A stretch of DNA of 64,000 nt from assembly GCA_002269645.1 (NCBI GenBank), contig NIVC01001204.1, forward strand, positions 186,001 to 250,000. The letters run 5' to 3'. Positions 12,309 to 24,431 of this stretch are shown here, piece after piece (within the stretch, counting starts at the first letter, position 1; every line of letters starts with the position of its first letter). The notes beneath the pieces are model-generated. The model made no database searches. It was not told where the DNA came from and saw nothing but the letters and a program-made list of their open reading frames with translations. Source of the DNA: Macrostomum lignano (lineage: Eukaryota). Made by a program: the position numbers and the translations under genes.

Positions 12309-13760
12309 GACAGGTGGACACGAAGGCAGGTAGACACTAAGATACATGTACATGTAGGTGGACACCAAGACAGGTGGACACTAAGACAGGTAGACTCTGA
12401 GACAGGTAGACACGAAGACAGGTAGGCACTAAGACAGGTGGATACTAAGACAGGTAAAAATCAAGACAGGGTAGACACTAAGACAGGTGGCCACTAAGAC
12501 AAGTGAACACTAAAATAGGTTAGCCATCAAGACAGGCAGACAGACACTAAGACAGGGTAGACATCAAGACAGGCGGATACTGAGACAGTTAGACATTAAG
12601 ACAGGTTAGACATCAAGACAGTTAGACATTAAGACAGGTTAGACATCAAGACAGTTAGACATTAAGACAGAGTAGACATCAAGGTCAAGACAGGCAGACA
12701 CTAAGACAAGATAGGCATTAAGACAGGCAGACACTAAGACAAGATAGGCATTAAGACAGGCAGACACTAAGACAAGATAGGCCTTAAGACAGGCAGACAC
12801 TAAGACAAGATAGGCATTAAGACAGGCAGACACTAAGACAAGATAGGCCTTAAGACAGGCAGACACTAAGACAAAATAGGCCTTAAGACAGGCAGACACT
12901 AAGACAAAATAGGCATTAAGACAGGCAGACACTCGGATAGGCGGACACTGAGACAGGCAGATACTAGGACAGGCAGACACTAAGACAAGATAGGCATTAA
13001 GACAGGCAGACACTAAGACAAGATAGGCCTTAAGACAGGCAGACACTAAGACAAGATAGGCATTAAGACAGGCAGACACTAAGACAAAATAGGCATTAAG
13101 ACAGGCAGACACTAAGACAAGATAGGCCTTAAGACAGGCAGACACTAAGACAAGATAGGCATTAAGACAGGCAGACACTAAGACAAAATAGGCATTAAGA
13201 CAGGCAGACACTAAGACAAGATAGGCATTAAGACGGGCAGACACTCGGACAGGCGGACACTGAGACAGGCAGATACTAGGACAGGCAGACACTAAGACAA
13301 GATAGGCATTAAGACAGGCAGACACTAAGACAAGATAGGCATTAAGACAGGCAGACACTAAGACAAGATAGGCATTAAGACAGGCAGACACTAAGACAAA
13401 ATAGGCATTAAGACAGGCAGACACTAAGACAAGATAGGCATTAAGACAGGCAGACACTAAGACAAGATAGGCCTTAAGACAGGCAGACACTAAGACAAGA
13501 TAGGCATTAAGACAGGCAGACACTAAGACAAAATAGGCATTAAGACAGGCAGACACTCGGATAGGCGGACACTGAGACAGGCAGATACTAAGACAGGCAG
13601 ACACTAAGACAAGATAGGCATTAAGACAGGCAGACACTAAGACAAGATAGGCATTAAGACAGGCAGACACTAAGACAAGATAGGCATTAAGACAGGCAGA
13701 CACTCGGACAGGCGGACACTAAGACAGGCAGATACTAGGACAGGCAGACACAGACAGGCA
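12307..13760. repeat. 33-bp minisatellite with periodic variant blocks
   Basis: Unit AGACAGGCAGACACTAAGACAAGATAGGCATTA. Variant block CTCGGA(T/C)AGGCGGACACT recurs near 12930, 13225, 13555 and 13705. A related shorter array lies at 10690-10989. Confidence 0.9.
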
Positions 13761-13833
13761 AACATTAAGAATGGGTAGCTAAAAGATCAGTAGACCATCA
13801 GCTTTGACTACAAGAGTATCTTTTCTTCATGCC

Positions 13834-16800
13834 ATGGCCTCAGAGCTGGGGACGCTGAAAAGCTTTCTAATAGCCTCCGTTGCTGTTAACGGCAATAAAT
13901 CCAGCGAGCACGCGACCATCCGCTCTCTGCTCGACGCTTACAAGCGTCTGTTTGGCAGCCCCATGCCTCTAGGCAAGTTGGGCCACAGAAGCCTCGAAAG
14001 CCTCATCACTAATGCAATGTCAGACACCTTCCAGCTGTACAGGTAACATGTGCGATTGGGGTGATGGAATCGAACCTGGAACCTCCTTGGATGTTTTAGT
14101 TTCCAAAATAATTGCGTGTTTAAATATCACAGACATTTTTCTATCTAGGAATTGCGCGGGTTCTGATCTCACGAATCCTAGTCCCAAAATCCCCATTGCT
14201 ATTATCCCTATCCAAAATCCCAAAATCCCCTCTGCTATTATCTCAATCCTCAAATCCCGAAATCCCCTCTTCTATTATCCCCTTCCCAAATCCCACAGCT
14301 ATTATCCCAATTCTAGAATCCCAGAGCTATTATCCAAAATCCCAAAATCCCACAGCTATTATCCCCATCCCAAATCCCAAAATCCCCTCTGCTATTATCT
14401 CAATCCTCAAATCCCGAAATCCCCTCTTCTATTATCCCCTTCCCAAATCCCACAGCTATTATCCCAATTCTAGAATCCCAGAGCTATTATCCAAAATCCC
14501 ACAGCTATTATCCCCATCCCAAATCCCAAAATCCCCATTGCTATTATCCCCATCCCAAATCCCAAAATCCCCTCTGCTATTATCTCAATCCTCAAATCCC
14601 GAAATCCCCTCTTCTATTATCCCCTTCCCAAATCCCACAGCTATTATCCCAATTCTAGAATCCCAGAGCTATTATCCAAAATCCCACAGCTATTATCCCC
14701 ATCCCAAATCCCAAAATCCCACAGCTATTATCCCCATCCCAAATCCCAAAATACCACAGATATTATCCCCATCCCAAAATCCCTCAGCTAATATTCCAAT
14801 CCTAAAATCCCACAGAATGGGATCCGAGCAGTGCGTCCGCTGTCTGGTGCAGCCAGCCGGACAGAACATAATCCAAATGATACGCAATGAGAAGCAGCCG
14901 AAGAAGAAAAAGCAGAAAAATCGCTTTCGCGGCTCGTGTCGTTATCGTGAAGGCGGCGGCGGCGGCGGCAGTATGGGAGGAGCTAAAAAGTCCAAGAAGT
15001 CATCCCAGACTGCTAGCCAGCGCCTGAGCGCTCCGCCGTCGCTGCCTTCGTCGCACTCGCAGTCTCAGCAGCCGCCCATCGGGTTGTTCAACGTTCGGCC
15101 TCCTCCAGTGTCCCAACGGCCGCCGCCGTCTCAGGACAGCCGGAGTCAGTCATCAAGCGGCATTCCAGCCGAGATTCGAGCCCGGGTAGCCGAACTTGCT
15201 GCCAGTCATCCCGGCTTTGCCGTCGCTAATTTTGACAATCAATTTCTGAAATATTTCGGCACACGACTGCCGTTTAAACAGTTGGGCTTTGCAAATTTGC
15301 TAAGCATGATGCAGCGCTTGGAGAGTCTGGGCGATGTTCAGCTGTTCAACATGCGCAAGGATGTCGTAGTCTTGTCGCCGGGTGCCATGCAGCGAAGTCG
15401 AATGTCTCTGGATGATTCAAACAAAGAGAATTCGTTGTTAAAAAATTCTTCTGCTAGCCGTCCACCGGCCTCTGTTGCTAGGGACGCCGATCCGTTGCTA
15501 GGATCGCCTAGCAACCAAAGCAATCCGGTTGCTAGGGATGCCGATTCGTTGCTAGGATCGCCTAGCAACCCAGGTAATCTGGTTGCTAGCGACGCGGCTG
15601 TTCCTCCATCGCTGGTTGTGCACGTTCACCGTCAGTCGCTGGACGGCCGGATGGTGCGCTGGCGAGAGGTGCCGCTCTCCAAGTCGGCTTTGGTTACCAT
15701 GACAACCGCTAGTAGCATTGTTGACAGTGACGACGCCAGTAGCAGACGCAGCGACGTGCCGAAAGACTGCGTGTCGCCGCATCACCGACTGCCGCTGGGT
15801 CTGCGCCGGCTGGCCAGCTCCGACGGTCTCGTTGCCGTCGAGGTGATCTCAGCCGACAGTCCCAACGACTTAGTGCTCAGCGTTCGCGACTGCCGACTCA
15901 CCGAGCGACTTGAGCGACTGCCAACCAGCATGGCGGCTTGGCCCGCCGACCGCTGGTGCTGCCTGGCCGCGCGTCACGTGATCCCCGGCGCCCTGTGCGT
16001 AGCCAAGCTGGGCGGTCGGCACCATCGGGCTCGGATTGACCGCCTGTCACCCAATCAGCAGCAGCCGCCGCAGGTTCGCCTTATCGACATGGGCGGCATT
16101 GTGACTCAGGCCCGAGTGTCGGATCTGTTCTACTTGCCCAGGCAGTTTGCTGACGACACGGCTCCGGCTGTTCTGCTGCACGCAGCGGTGGCCAATGTGC
16201 GCCTGTTCAGCGCCAAGAATGGCGCCGCTGCCGGCTTTATGCGACAGCTGCTGCTGAAGGCCAGTCAAAGCAGGGATGGACCGGTGACTGTCCGACTGCC
16301 GCCAGGACTCAACAGGGAGCCGCTGGATCAGGTGAGCTGCTGTCTGTGAGCTGTGTCTTCTCACTCCGCAATGGAGTATCTCTGCTGCTCATCCTTGGGT
16401 ATCTCAATCTTTTTTCTCATCAGTGTGTTACCCCTTTCTGCAGCTTGTCATCCCAATCCGTCAGTATCTCGCTCTTATATTTTAAGCTCCCGTCATTGTC
16501 TCACCTCATCGTATCAGTATCTCACCCTACCTCATCAGTATCTACCCCATCCTATCGGTATCTCACCCTATCCCATCATATCTCACCCTATCCCATCAGT
16601 ATCCCATCCCAACAGTATCTCACCCCATCCCAACAGTATCTCACCCCATCCCATCAGTATCTCACCCCATCCCATCAGTATCTCACCCCATCCCATTGGT
16701 ATCTCACCCCATCCCATCAGTATCTCACCTCATCCCATCAGTATCTCACCCCATCCCATTGGTATCTCAACCCATCCTATCAGTATCTCACCCCATCCCA

Positions 16801-17829
16801 TTGGTATCTCACCCCATCCCATTAGTATCTCACCCCATCCCATCAGTATCTCACCCCATCCCATCAGTATCTCACCCCATCCCATCAGTATCTCACCCCA
16901 TCCCATCAGTATCTCACCCCATCCCATCAGTATCTCACCCCATCCCATCAGTATCTCACCCCATCCTATATCTACCCCCATCTCCTGCAGTGCCGGGTGC
17001 CAGTCGAGTTTGTCTCACCGCCGCTTGCCGATCAGCTCGTCAAGGAAGGCTTCGGTGGGAGCATTCAGGACGCCGCTTTTGTAAGTTTTCTATGCTAATT
17101 ATTTATTATAATGAGCTTAGTTTAACGTTACAACTATTTAGGGAAATTACTCCTGACATGACATCATTTGCTGCGTTGAACCGGAGCAACGCAGGCACGT
17201 GAAATTAAAGAATAGCAAAATAAAAATCAAGTCGCCAGGTCCCCGTACAGTCGAGAAATTCAAGAATTTTGCTAGATGAATCGGTTCTTAATATCGGTTC
17301 CCCGGTACCATCTGTTGAAAGTCCGATGGCGTCGAGGTGATGACGGAATGCTTGAGAGACAAGTTGAGGATGTCTGGCAGTTGATGATTGCCCACTGTCG
17401 AGGCTTGATCAGCGAAACTGGAGAAATTCACAACAGGGTGTCCATAGTCACCTGGTGGCATCTGTTGAAGGTCCTGACGGCGTCGGGGTGATGACGAAAT
17501 GCTTGAGAGACAAGTTGAGGATGTCTGGCAGTTGATGATTGCCCACTGTCGAGGCTTGATCAGCGAAACTGGAGAAATTTGCAACATGGTGTCCATAGTC
17601 ACCTGGTGGCAGAATTGTTGAATATCTCGACGGTCTGGAGAGCTGGCGACTTGACTCTTTTTTGAGAATGTACGCAACAAAAAGTCGTCACATGTCTGCG
17701 TTGCTTTGTTCAGACGCAGCAAAAATACGCCTTAGATTTTCTTCTATCGACTAATTTTCCACACAAATATTCTTATTGCAGCAAACTCTCAAGTCGGATC
17801 TGCTTGCTGCATTGCCGCCTGCAAGCTAA
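13834..17829 (+). CDS. LOTUS(OST-HTH)x2 + Tudor domain protein, TDRD5/TDRD7-like
   Basis: Exons 13834-14042, 14816-16331, 16991-17080 and probably 17782-17829 (phases 2, 0, 0). LOTUS1 YKRLFGSPMPLGKLGHRSLESL; LOTUS2 FLKYFGTRLPFKQLGFANLLSMM; Tudor GALCVAKL..HRARI..VRLIDMG. The last exon is the least certain. Confidence 0.8.
14175..14815. repeat. C-rich intronic minisatellite with about 170-bp higher-order duplication
   Basis: Degenerate CCCAAATCCCACAGCTATTATC units running into the acceptor AATCCCACAG at 14815. Confidence 0.85.
16500..16975. repeat. 21-bp intronic minisatellite
   Basis: Unit CCCATCAGTATCTCACCCCAT. Confidence 0.9.
17309..17625. repeat. About 150-bp tandem duplication
   Basis: CATCTGTTGAA...GTCACCTGGTGG at 17309 and 17459, with a partial third start near 17610. 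Confidence 0.85.
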
Positions 17830-18254
17830 ACAAAAACATGCGCAAAATTAATCGAGTTTTTGGTGCTGAACTGCTTGACTAAAACTTACCTTGTCAACCT
17901 CTTCTTGTCAGTTAGCTTTGTAATAACCATGGAAACGAATTTAATTTCATGGATTATTTATTTTTATCTCTGTTGCTAGATACTACTTGTAACTAGCTAA
18001 ACGGACAGTAGTATAATAAAAAATAAGACGTCTGCTCCAATTGCAAGTGCAATTTTCAGTGCAGTGATTATACATTGCATAAGTCACCTGCATTTTAGTT
18101 GAGTACTTTACTCACTATTTTCCTGTGTGCTGCTTACAATCTCTCATTCAGAGCCTATCTCTAACCTGTAGCTTTTTAAATATAGTTGAAGTATTCTTTG
18201 TTATTGGAAACTGTCTTTGTCTTTCGTTATTTTGTTTTGTCTTTTTTTATATTT

Positions 18255-19236
18255 TTAATCTCTCACCCGTGATTTCTAATCTCACCTGTCTGTCATTTCC
18301 AATCTCACCTGTGATTTCCAACCTCACCTGTGTTTTCCAATCTCACCTGTGATTTCCAATCTCACCTGTGATTTTCAATCTCACCTGTCTCTGATTTCCA
18401 ATCTCTCACCTATCTGATTTCCAATCTCTCACCTGTGATTTCCAATCTCACTTGTATTTTCCAATCTCACCTGTGATTTCCAATCTCTCAACTGTGATTT
18501 CCAATCTCACCTGTGATTTCCAATCTCACCTGTGATTTCCAACCTCTCACTTGTCATTTCCAATCTCACCTGTGATTTCCAATCTTGTACGTGTGATTTC
18601 CAATCTCAGCTGTAATTTCCAATCTCACCTGTGATTTCCTATCTCACCTGTGATTTCCAATATCTAACCTGTGATTTCCTATCTCACCTGTGATTTCCAA
18701 TCTCACCTGTCTCTGATTTTCAATCTCTCACCTGTGATTTCCAATCTCACCTGTGATTTCCCATCTCACCTGTGATTTCCAACCTCTCACCTGTGATTTC
18801 CAATCTCACCTGTGATTTCCCATCTCACCTGTGATTTCCAACCTCTCACCTGTGATTTCCAATCTCACCTGTGATTTCCAATCTCACCTGTGATTTCAAA
18901 TCTCACCTGTGATTTCCAATCTCACCTGTCATTTCCAATCTCACCTGTGTTTTCCAATCCAATATCACCTGTGATTTCCATTCTCACCTGTGATTTCAAA
19001 TCTCACCTGTGATTTCCAATCTCACCTGTCATTTCCAATCTCACCTGTGTTTTCCAATCCAATATCACCTGTGATTTCCAATCTCACCTGTCATTTCAAA
19101 TCTCACCTGTGATTTCCAACCTCACCTGTGGTTTCAAATCTCACCTGTGATTTCCAATCTCACCTGTGATTTCGAATCTCTCATCTGTGATTTCCAATCT
19201 CTCACCTGCGATTTCCAATCTCACCTGTGATTTCCA
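18255..19236. repeat. 19-bp minisatellite upstream of ORC1
   Basis: Unit TCTCACCTGTGATTTCCAA, about 50 copies, abutting ATG 19237 and the AG at 19242-19243. Confidence 0.9.
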
Positions 19237-22200
19237 ATGCCAGCACCAGAGCTCATGGACCCGCCGCCACCGCCGCCAAGAGGTCAGCAGCGCCGTCTGT
19301 CTGTACGCCGCAGTGTCAGCGCGCCGAAGCCGCAGACCTCCGTTCTGCAGCCTTCCAACCTGCAGAATCAGCCGAATCTCGATGAGAGCATCAGCGCCTC
19401 TGGCACACCTGCTAAACAGCCGTGTCGCCGAAGTACTCGGATGTCTGCTGCCAATGCCTCCATTTCGGTGAGATATGCTTTTTGAATAGTCAATGCTGGG
19501 ATTGCTTGGGTCATGACCTGGGTCCTCATCGGGGTCATGACCTGGGTCCTCATCGGGGTCATGACCTGGGTCCTCATCGGGGTCATGACCTGGGTAACTC
19601 GATTCTTCTTTGGGGTCATGACCTAGATTCTTTAGTGTCATGACCTAGATTCTTCTTTAGGGTCATGACCTGGATTCCTCATTGGGGTCATCACCTAGAT
19701 TCTCTTTTGCGTCATGACCTAGATTCTTCTTTGGGTCATGACCTAGATTCTTTGGGGCCATGACCTAGATTCCTCATTAGGATTGGAGTCATGACCTGGA
19801 TTTCTCATTGGGGTCATCACCTAGATTCTCTTTTGGGTCATCACCTAGATTCTCTTTTGGGTCATCACCTAGATTCTTTGGGGTCATGACCTGGATTCCT
19901 CATTAGGGTCATCACCTAGATTCTCTTTTGGGTGATGACCTAGATTCCTCAGTGGGATTGGGGTCATGACCTGGATTCCTCATAAAGATTTGGATCATAA
20001 CCTGGATTCCTCGTAAGGATTGGGGTCATGACCTGGATTCTTCATTGAGATTGGGGTCATGACCTGGATTTCTCATAAGGGTCATGACCTGGATTTCTCA
20101 TAAGGGTCATGACCTGGATTCCGGTCATCGCTCCCGCAGATCAGCCACATTCTGTCGCACGACTTCAACCGCTTGAGCCTGAACCCGACTGGCAGACGCT
20201 CGCAGCAGAGAACGCCTCGAAAGCCTCCGCCGTTGAAGTGCCCGCTGCCGCCGTCGCCTGAACTGACACCGCCGCCGGTGCCGCCCATGCCGCCCAAGTC
20301 GACAGTCGGAGCTTCCGACACGCCTCGTCGGAGCGTCGCACGAAAAACTCCCGGCTTCTACGCGGAACAGCCGACTTCGCCGCGTCCGCTGCACCAAGCC
20401 GCCACCGACCTTGACGATGATCCTGATGTCGACGAAGACTTCGAGCCGTCAGAGTCCTCAGATGAAGACGATGAAGATGTCGACGAGGGCAGCGACGACT
20501 CGGAGGACAGCGACGAGACAGATGACGACATCGACGGCGAGGAAGACCTGGACGACCTCGAGGACGACGTGGCGAGCGTCGACTCGATGGACGTCACCTT
20601 GGCTGGCGACCTGCTGGCTCGGGACGGCTCGCCCTGCGGCAAATCGCGTCAGGTGAGACCCAATCCGCCCCCTCAAGGCCAATCCGCTCCCTCCTTCAGG
20701 CCAATCCGCCCCTTCCTCAGACTAATCCGCCCCTTCCTCTAACTAATCAGCCCTTCGTTCAGGCTAACCTGCCCCTTTTTTTAGACTAATCCACCTCTTC
20801 CTCGGACTCATCCGCCTTCCTCAGACTAATCCGCCCCATTTTCAGACTAATCCGCCCCTTCTTCAAACCAATCCGCCCCTCTTCTCCGCCCCGCAGGCCG
20901 GTCGTCGGATGTCGCGCGCGTCGCCCCTGCCGGCTTCGCCGCTGCTCCGTGACTCGGACATTCGCTTGCCGAACCGGCGCGGCGCCGGAAATCGTCGATC
21001 AACGGCGCCAATTGACGAGGCGCGCCAGCGCCTACAAGCGCGCGAGGCGCCAAGAATTTTGCCCTGCCGACATGACGAATTCCAAGCGGTGTTCAGCTTC
21101 GTTGAGAGCCGCCTGCGTCAGGAGGGCGGCTGCGGCGGCTGCCTGTTCATCAGCGGCGTGCCCGGCACCGGAAAGACGGCCACCGTCATGGAGGTCCTGC
21201 GCCAAGTTGCCGACATGCCCGATCTGCCTCCATTTGACACCGTGTTAGTCAACGGGATGAAGGTTACCGAGCCTAAGCGGGTGTACTCTGCCATTGTGCG
21301 ACAGCTGCATAAGGTTTGTGCTCAGATCCCACTGCCATCCCTAATTCCCATCTCTGATCCCACTGCCATGCCAATTCCCATCTCAGATCCCACTGCCATC
21401 CCAATTCCCATCTCAGATCCCACTGTCATCCCAATTCCCATCTCTGATCCTACCCGAATCCCATTTGAAATCCCACCGATTTCCCATTGGAAATCCCACC
21501 CGATTTCCCATTTGAAATCCCACCGATTTCCCATTTGAAATCCCACCGATTTCCCATTTGAAATCCCACCGATTTCCCATTTGAAATCCCACCCAAATCC
21601 TGCTCTAAAATCTTACCCCATTGTCCATCTTAGATCTAACCCGAATCTTCATTTGAGATCCCACCCGATTTCCCATCTCAGATCCCACACCAATCCCCAT
21701 CTCAGATCCCACACCAATCCCATCTCAGATCCCACACGAATCCCCATCTCAGATCCCACACGAATCCCCATCTCAGATCCCACACGAATCCTTACCTCAG
21801 ATCCCACACGAATCCCCATCTCAGATCCCATACGAATCCCCATCTCAGATCCCACACGAATCCTTATCTCAGATCCCACACGAATCCCCATCTCAGATCC
21901 CACACGAATCCCCATCTCAGATCCCACCCGTTTATCCCATCCCGACAGGTCCGCGCCCCTTGGCAGACAGCCCTCCGCCGGCTCAAGTCGGAGTTCAACA
22001 GCGCCAGAGGGCGTCCCTGCGTGCTGCTGGTTGACGAGCTGGACATGCTGTGCAACCGGCGCCAGGACGTGCTCTACAATCTGTTCGAATGGCCACAGAA
22101 TCCTAACTCGCGCCTCATCGTGCTGGCCATTGCCAACACTATGGACCTGCCCGAGCGGGTCCTTGTGCACCGGGTGGCCTCCCGGCTGGGCCTGAGCCGT

Positions 22201-23377
22201 CTGGTGTTCCAGGCCTACAGCCACGACCAGCTGATGGAGATTGTGCGCTCCCGCATCTCCAAGCTGCACATCTTTGAGGATAAGGCGGTTGAAATGGCAG
22301 CCAGAAAGGTGGCTGCTGTTAGCGGGGACGCCAGGTGAGTGGGTCAGCCTCGGCCAAGCTAGCATGGGTCAGCCAGGTGGGTCAAGCTTGAATGGGTCAA
22401 GCTAGCGTGGATTAGCCAAGTAAGTCAAGCTTGAATGGGTCAAGCTAGCATCGGTCAGCCAGGTGGATCAAGCTAGCATGGGTCAGCCAGGTGGGTCAAG
22501 CTAGCATCGGTCAGCCAGGTGGATCAAGCTAGCATGGGTCAGCCAGGTGGATCAAGCTAGCATCGGTCAGCCAGGTGGGTCAAGCTAGCATGGGTCAGCC
22601 AGGTGGGTCAAGCTAGCATCGGTCAGCCAGGTGGATCAAGCTAGCATGGGTCAGCCAGGTGGGTCAAGCTAGCATCGGTCAGCCAGGTGGGTCAAGCTAG
22701 CATGGGTCAGCCAGGTGGGTCAAGCTTGAATGGGTCAAGCTAGCATCGGTCAGCCAGTTGGATCAAGCTAGCATGGGTCAGCCAGGTGGGTCAAGCTAGC
22801 ATCGGTCAGCCATGCAGGTGGGTCAAGCTTGAATGGGTCAATCAGATGGGTCAGTCAGCTCGGAACCCTCCTTCCCCATTCCCCCAGACGCGCCCTGGAC
22901 CTGTGCAGCCGCAGCTGTGACCTGGCCGAACAGGAGTTCGGGCCGCAGCAGATGCAGCGGATGAATCTGCAGGTGGGCATGAAACACGTGAACGCGGCCA
23001 TCGCCGAGATGTTCGCCGGGCCGGTGATCACAGCTGTGGCCAACCAGCTTAGCGAGTACGAACGGCTCACCCTGCGGGCCTGCCTGTCCCAGCGACTCGA
23101 GTCCGGCCGAGACGAGAACCCGGTTGGCCGGGTCTGGCGCTCAGTGCTCAACATCGCCAGATCGGAGGGCCTGGAGGCGCCCAGTTGGCCGGCGCTTTGC
23201 GTCTGTCTCGGCTGTCTGCACGCCATGCGGCTGCTGCTGTGGGACGGCGGGCACCGGGGCCTGGCTGGTCGGGTCATCATCAACTGCTCGCCTCAGGACG
23301 TGCAGCTCGGGCTGGGCGAGCTGAAACAGACGCCAAAACCGACGGCCGAACAGCAATTGCCGAGACTGGCCGACTGA
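19237..23377 (+). CDS. ORC1: Origin recognition complex subunit 1 (AAA+ and winged helix), at least 5 exons
   Basis: Exons (19237 or 19255)-19467, 20140-20652, 20897-21313, 21949-22334 and 22888-23377, all in phase. Walker [14 protein letters not shown], Walker [40 protein letters not shown]. The start is uncertain. Confidence 0.92.
19508..20122. repeat. 24-28-bp intronic minisatellite (ORC1 intron 1)
   Basis: GGGTCATGACCTGGATT(C/T)CTCAT units. Confidence 0.9.
20660..20890. repeat. About 22-bp intronic minisatellite (ORC1 intron 2)
   Basis: ACTAATCCGCCCCTTCCTCAG units. Confidence 0.85.
21325..21930. repeat. 24-bp and 22-bp intronic minisatellites (ORC1 intron 3)
   Basis: CCCATCTCAGATCCCACACGAATC and TTTCCCATTTGAAATCCCACCGA units. 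Confidence 0.9.
22340..22850. repeat. 28-bp intronic minisatellite (ORC1 intron 4)
   Basis: Unit GGGTCAAGCTAGCATGGGTCAGCCAGGT. Confidence 0.9.
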
Positions 23378-23414
23378 TTGTGGGGGCTTTGATTGCCTGG
23401 AGTCGCTTTTGATA

Positions 23415-23900
23415 ATGAAGGAAATTTAGTCAGTTTGTTATTGAGGGGAATTTAGTCAGTTTCTTATTGAGGGGAATTTAGTCCGTTTTTATATTAACGG
23501 GAATCTAGTCTGTTTTTTATATTGAGGGGAATTTAGTCCGTTTTTATATTAAGGGGAATCTAGTCTGTTTTTTATATTGAGGGGAATTTAGTCAGTTTGT
23601 TATATTGAGGGGAATCTAGTCAGTTTCTTATTGAGGGGAATTTAGTCAGTTTTTATATTAAGGGGAATTTAATCAGTATGTTATATTGAGGGGAATCTAG
23701 TCAGTTTGTTATATTGAGGGGAATTTAGTCAGTTTGTTATATTGAAGGGAATTTAGTCAGTTTGTTATATTGAGGGGAATTTAGTCTGTTTGTTATATTG
23801 AGGGGAATTTAATCAGTTTGTTATTGAGGGAAATTTAATCAGTTTGTTATATTGAGGGGAATTTAGGCAGTTTGTTATAATGAGGGGAATTTAGGCAGTG
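23415..23900. repeat. 28-bp minisatellite just 3' of the ORC1 stop
   Basis: Unit GAGGGGAATTTAGTCAGTTTGTTATATT. Confidence 0.9.
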
Positions 23901-24431
23901 TCATATTTGACAATTTTATGGTTTGAAGCTACGAAATTGCTCATTACATTTATTACTGTCCTGCGATCTCCGCTGTCTGCAGTCATGCGGCTGTTTATTA
24001 AAATTGGTTTATTTTTTAACGCGACTTATATATTTGCATTTTCTTATACACCCCAGCGTTAGGTGCTTATGAACTTACGGCATTTTATTATTAAATTTCA
24101 ATATTTTTTCAAAAGCCTAACTTTAAAGTGAGTCTGATGTAGTTTCCAATGAATGAAAATATTTCCAACCTACGAGTTGACAGAGAAACGTATTAATGAA
24201 CGTATTATCTCGAATTAATAAACTAAAGTCAGGGTTTTCAACAAAACAAATCTGAATTTTACCTTCCAATTAATTACTAAATGATGCTATTACAAACGTC
24301 AATTTCTACTTTTTTCTCATGAAAGTTCGAAGATTGGGTAAATTGCAAGTTGGGATAATCGGCATAAAAACTTGCTTTTTAAACTCCCAAATGGCAAGAA
24401 CCTGTTGTCATCTTACTTTAGGAGTTATGGA

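Noticed and set aside
12639-13703. Long ORFs made of repeats (also 26334-27041, 32585-33432, 34721-35758, 16346-17084, 14196-14815 part)
   Set aside because: They are stop-free frames of tandem repeats with unit length divisible by 3, lying in introns or intergenic DNA.
14060-14095. GGAATCGAACC B-box-like motif as a second SINE
   Set aside because: No A box or body sequence follows; at most a tiny remnant.
16991-19467. Fusion of the LOTUS-Tudor gene to ORC1 by splicing 17080 to 19244/19250
   Set aside because: The donor is phase 0 but both acceptors need phase 1, and an in-phase terminal exon exists at 17782-17829.
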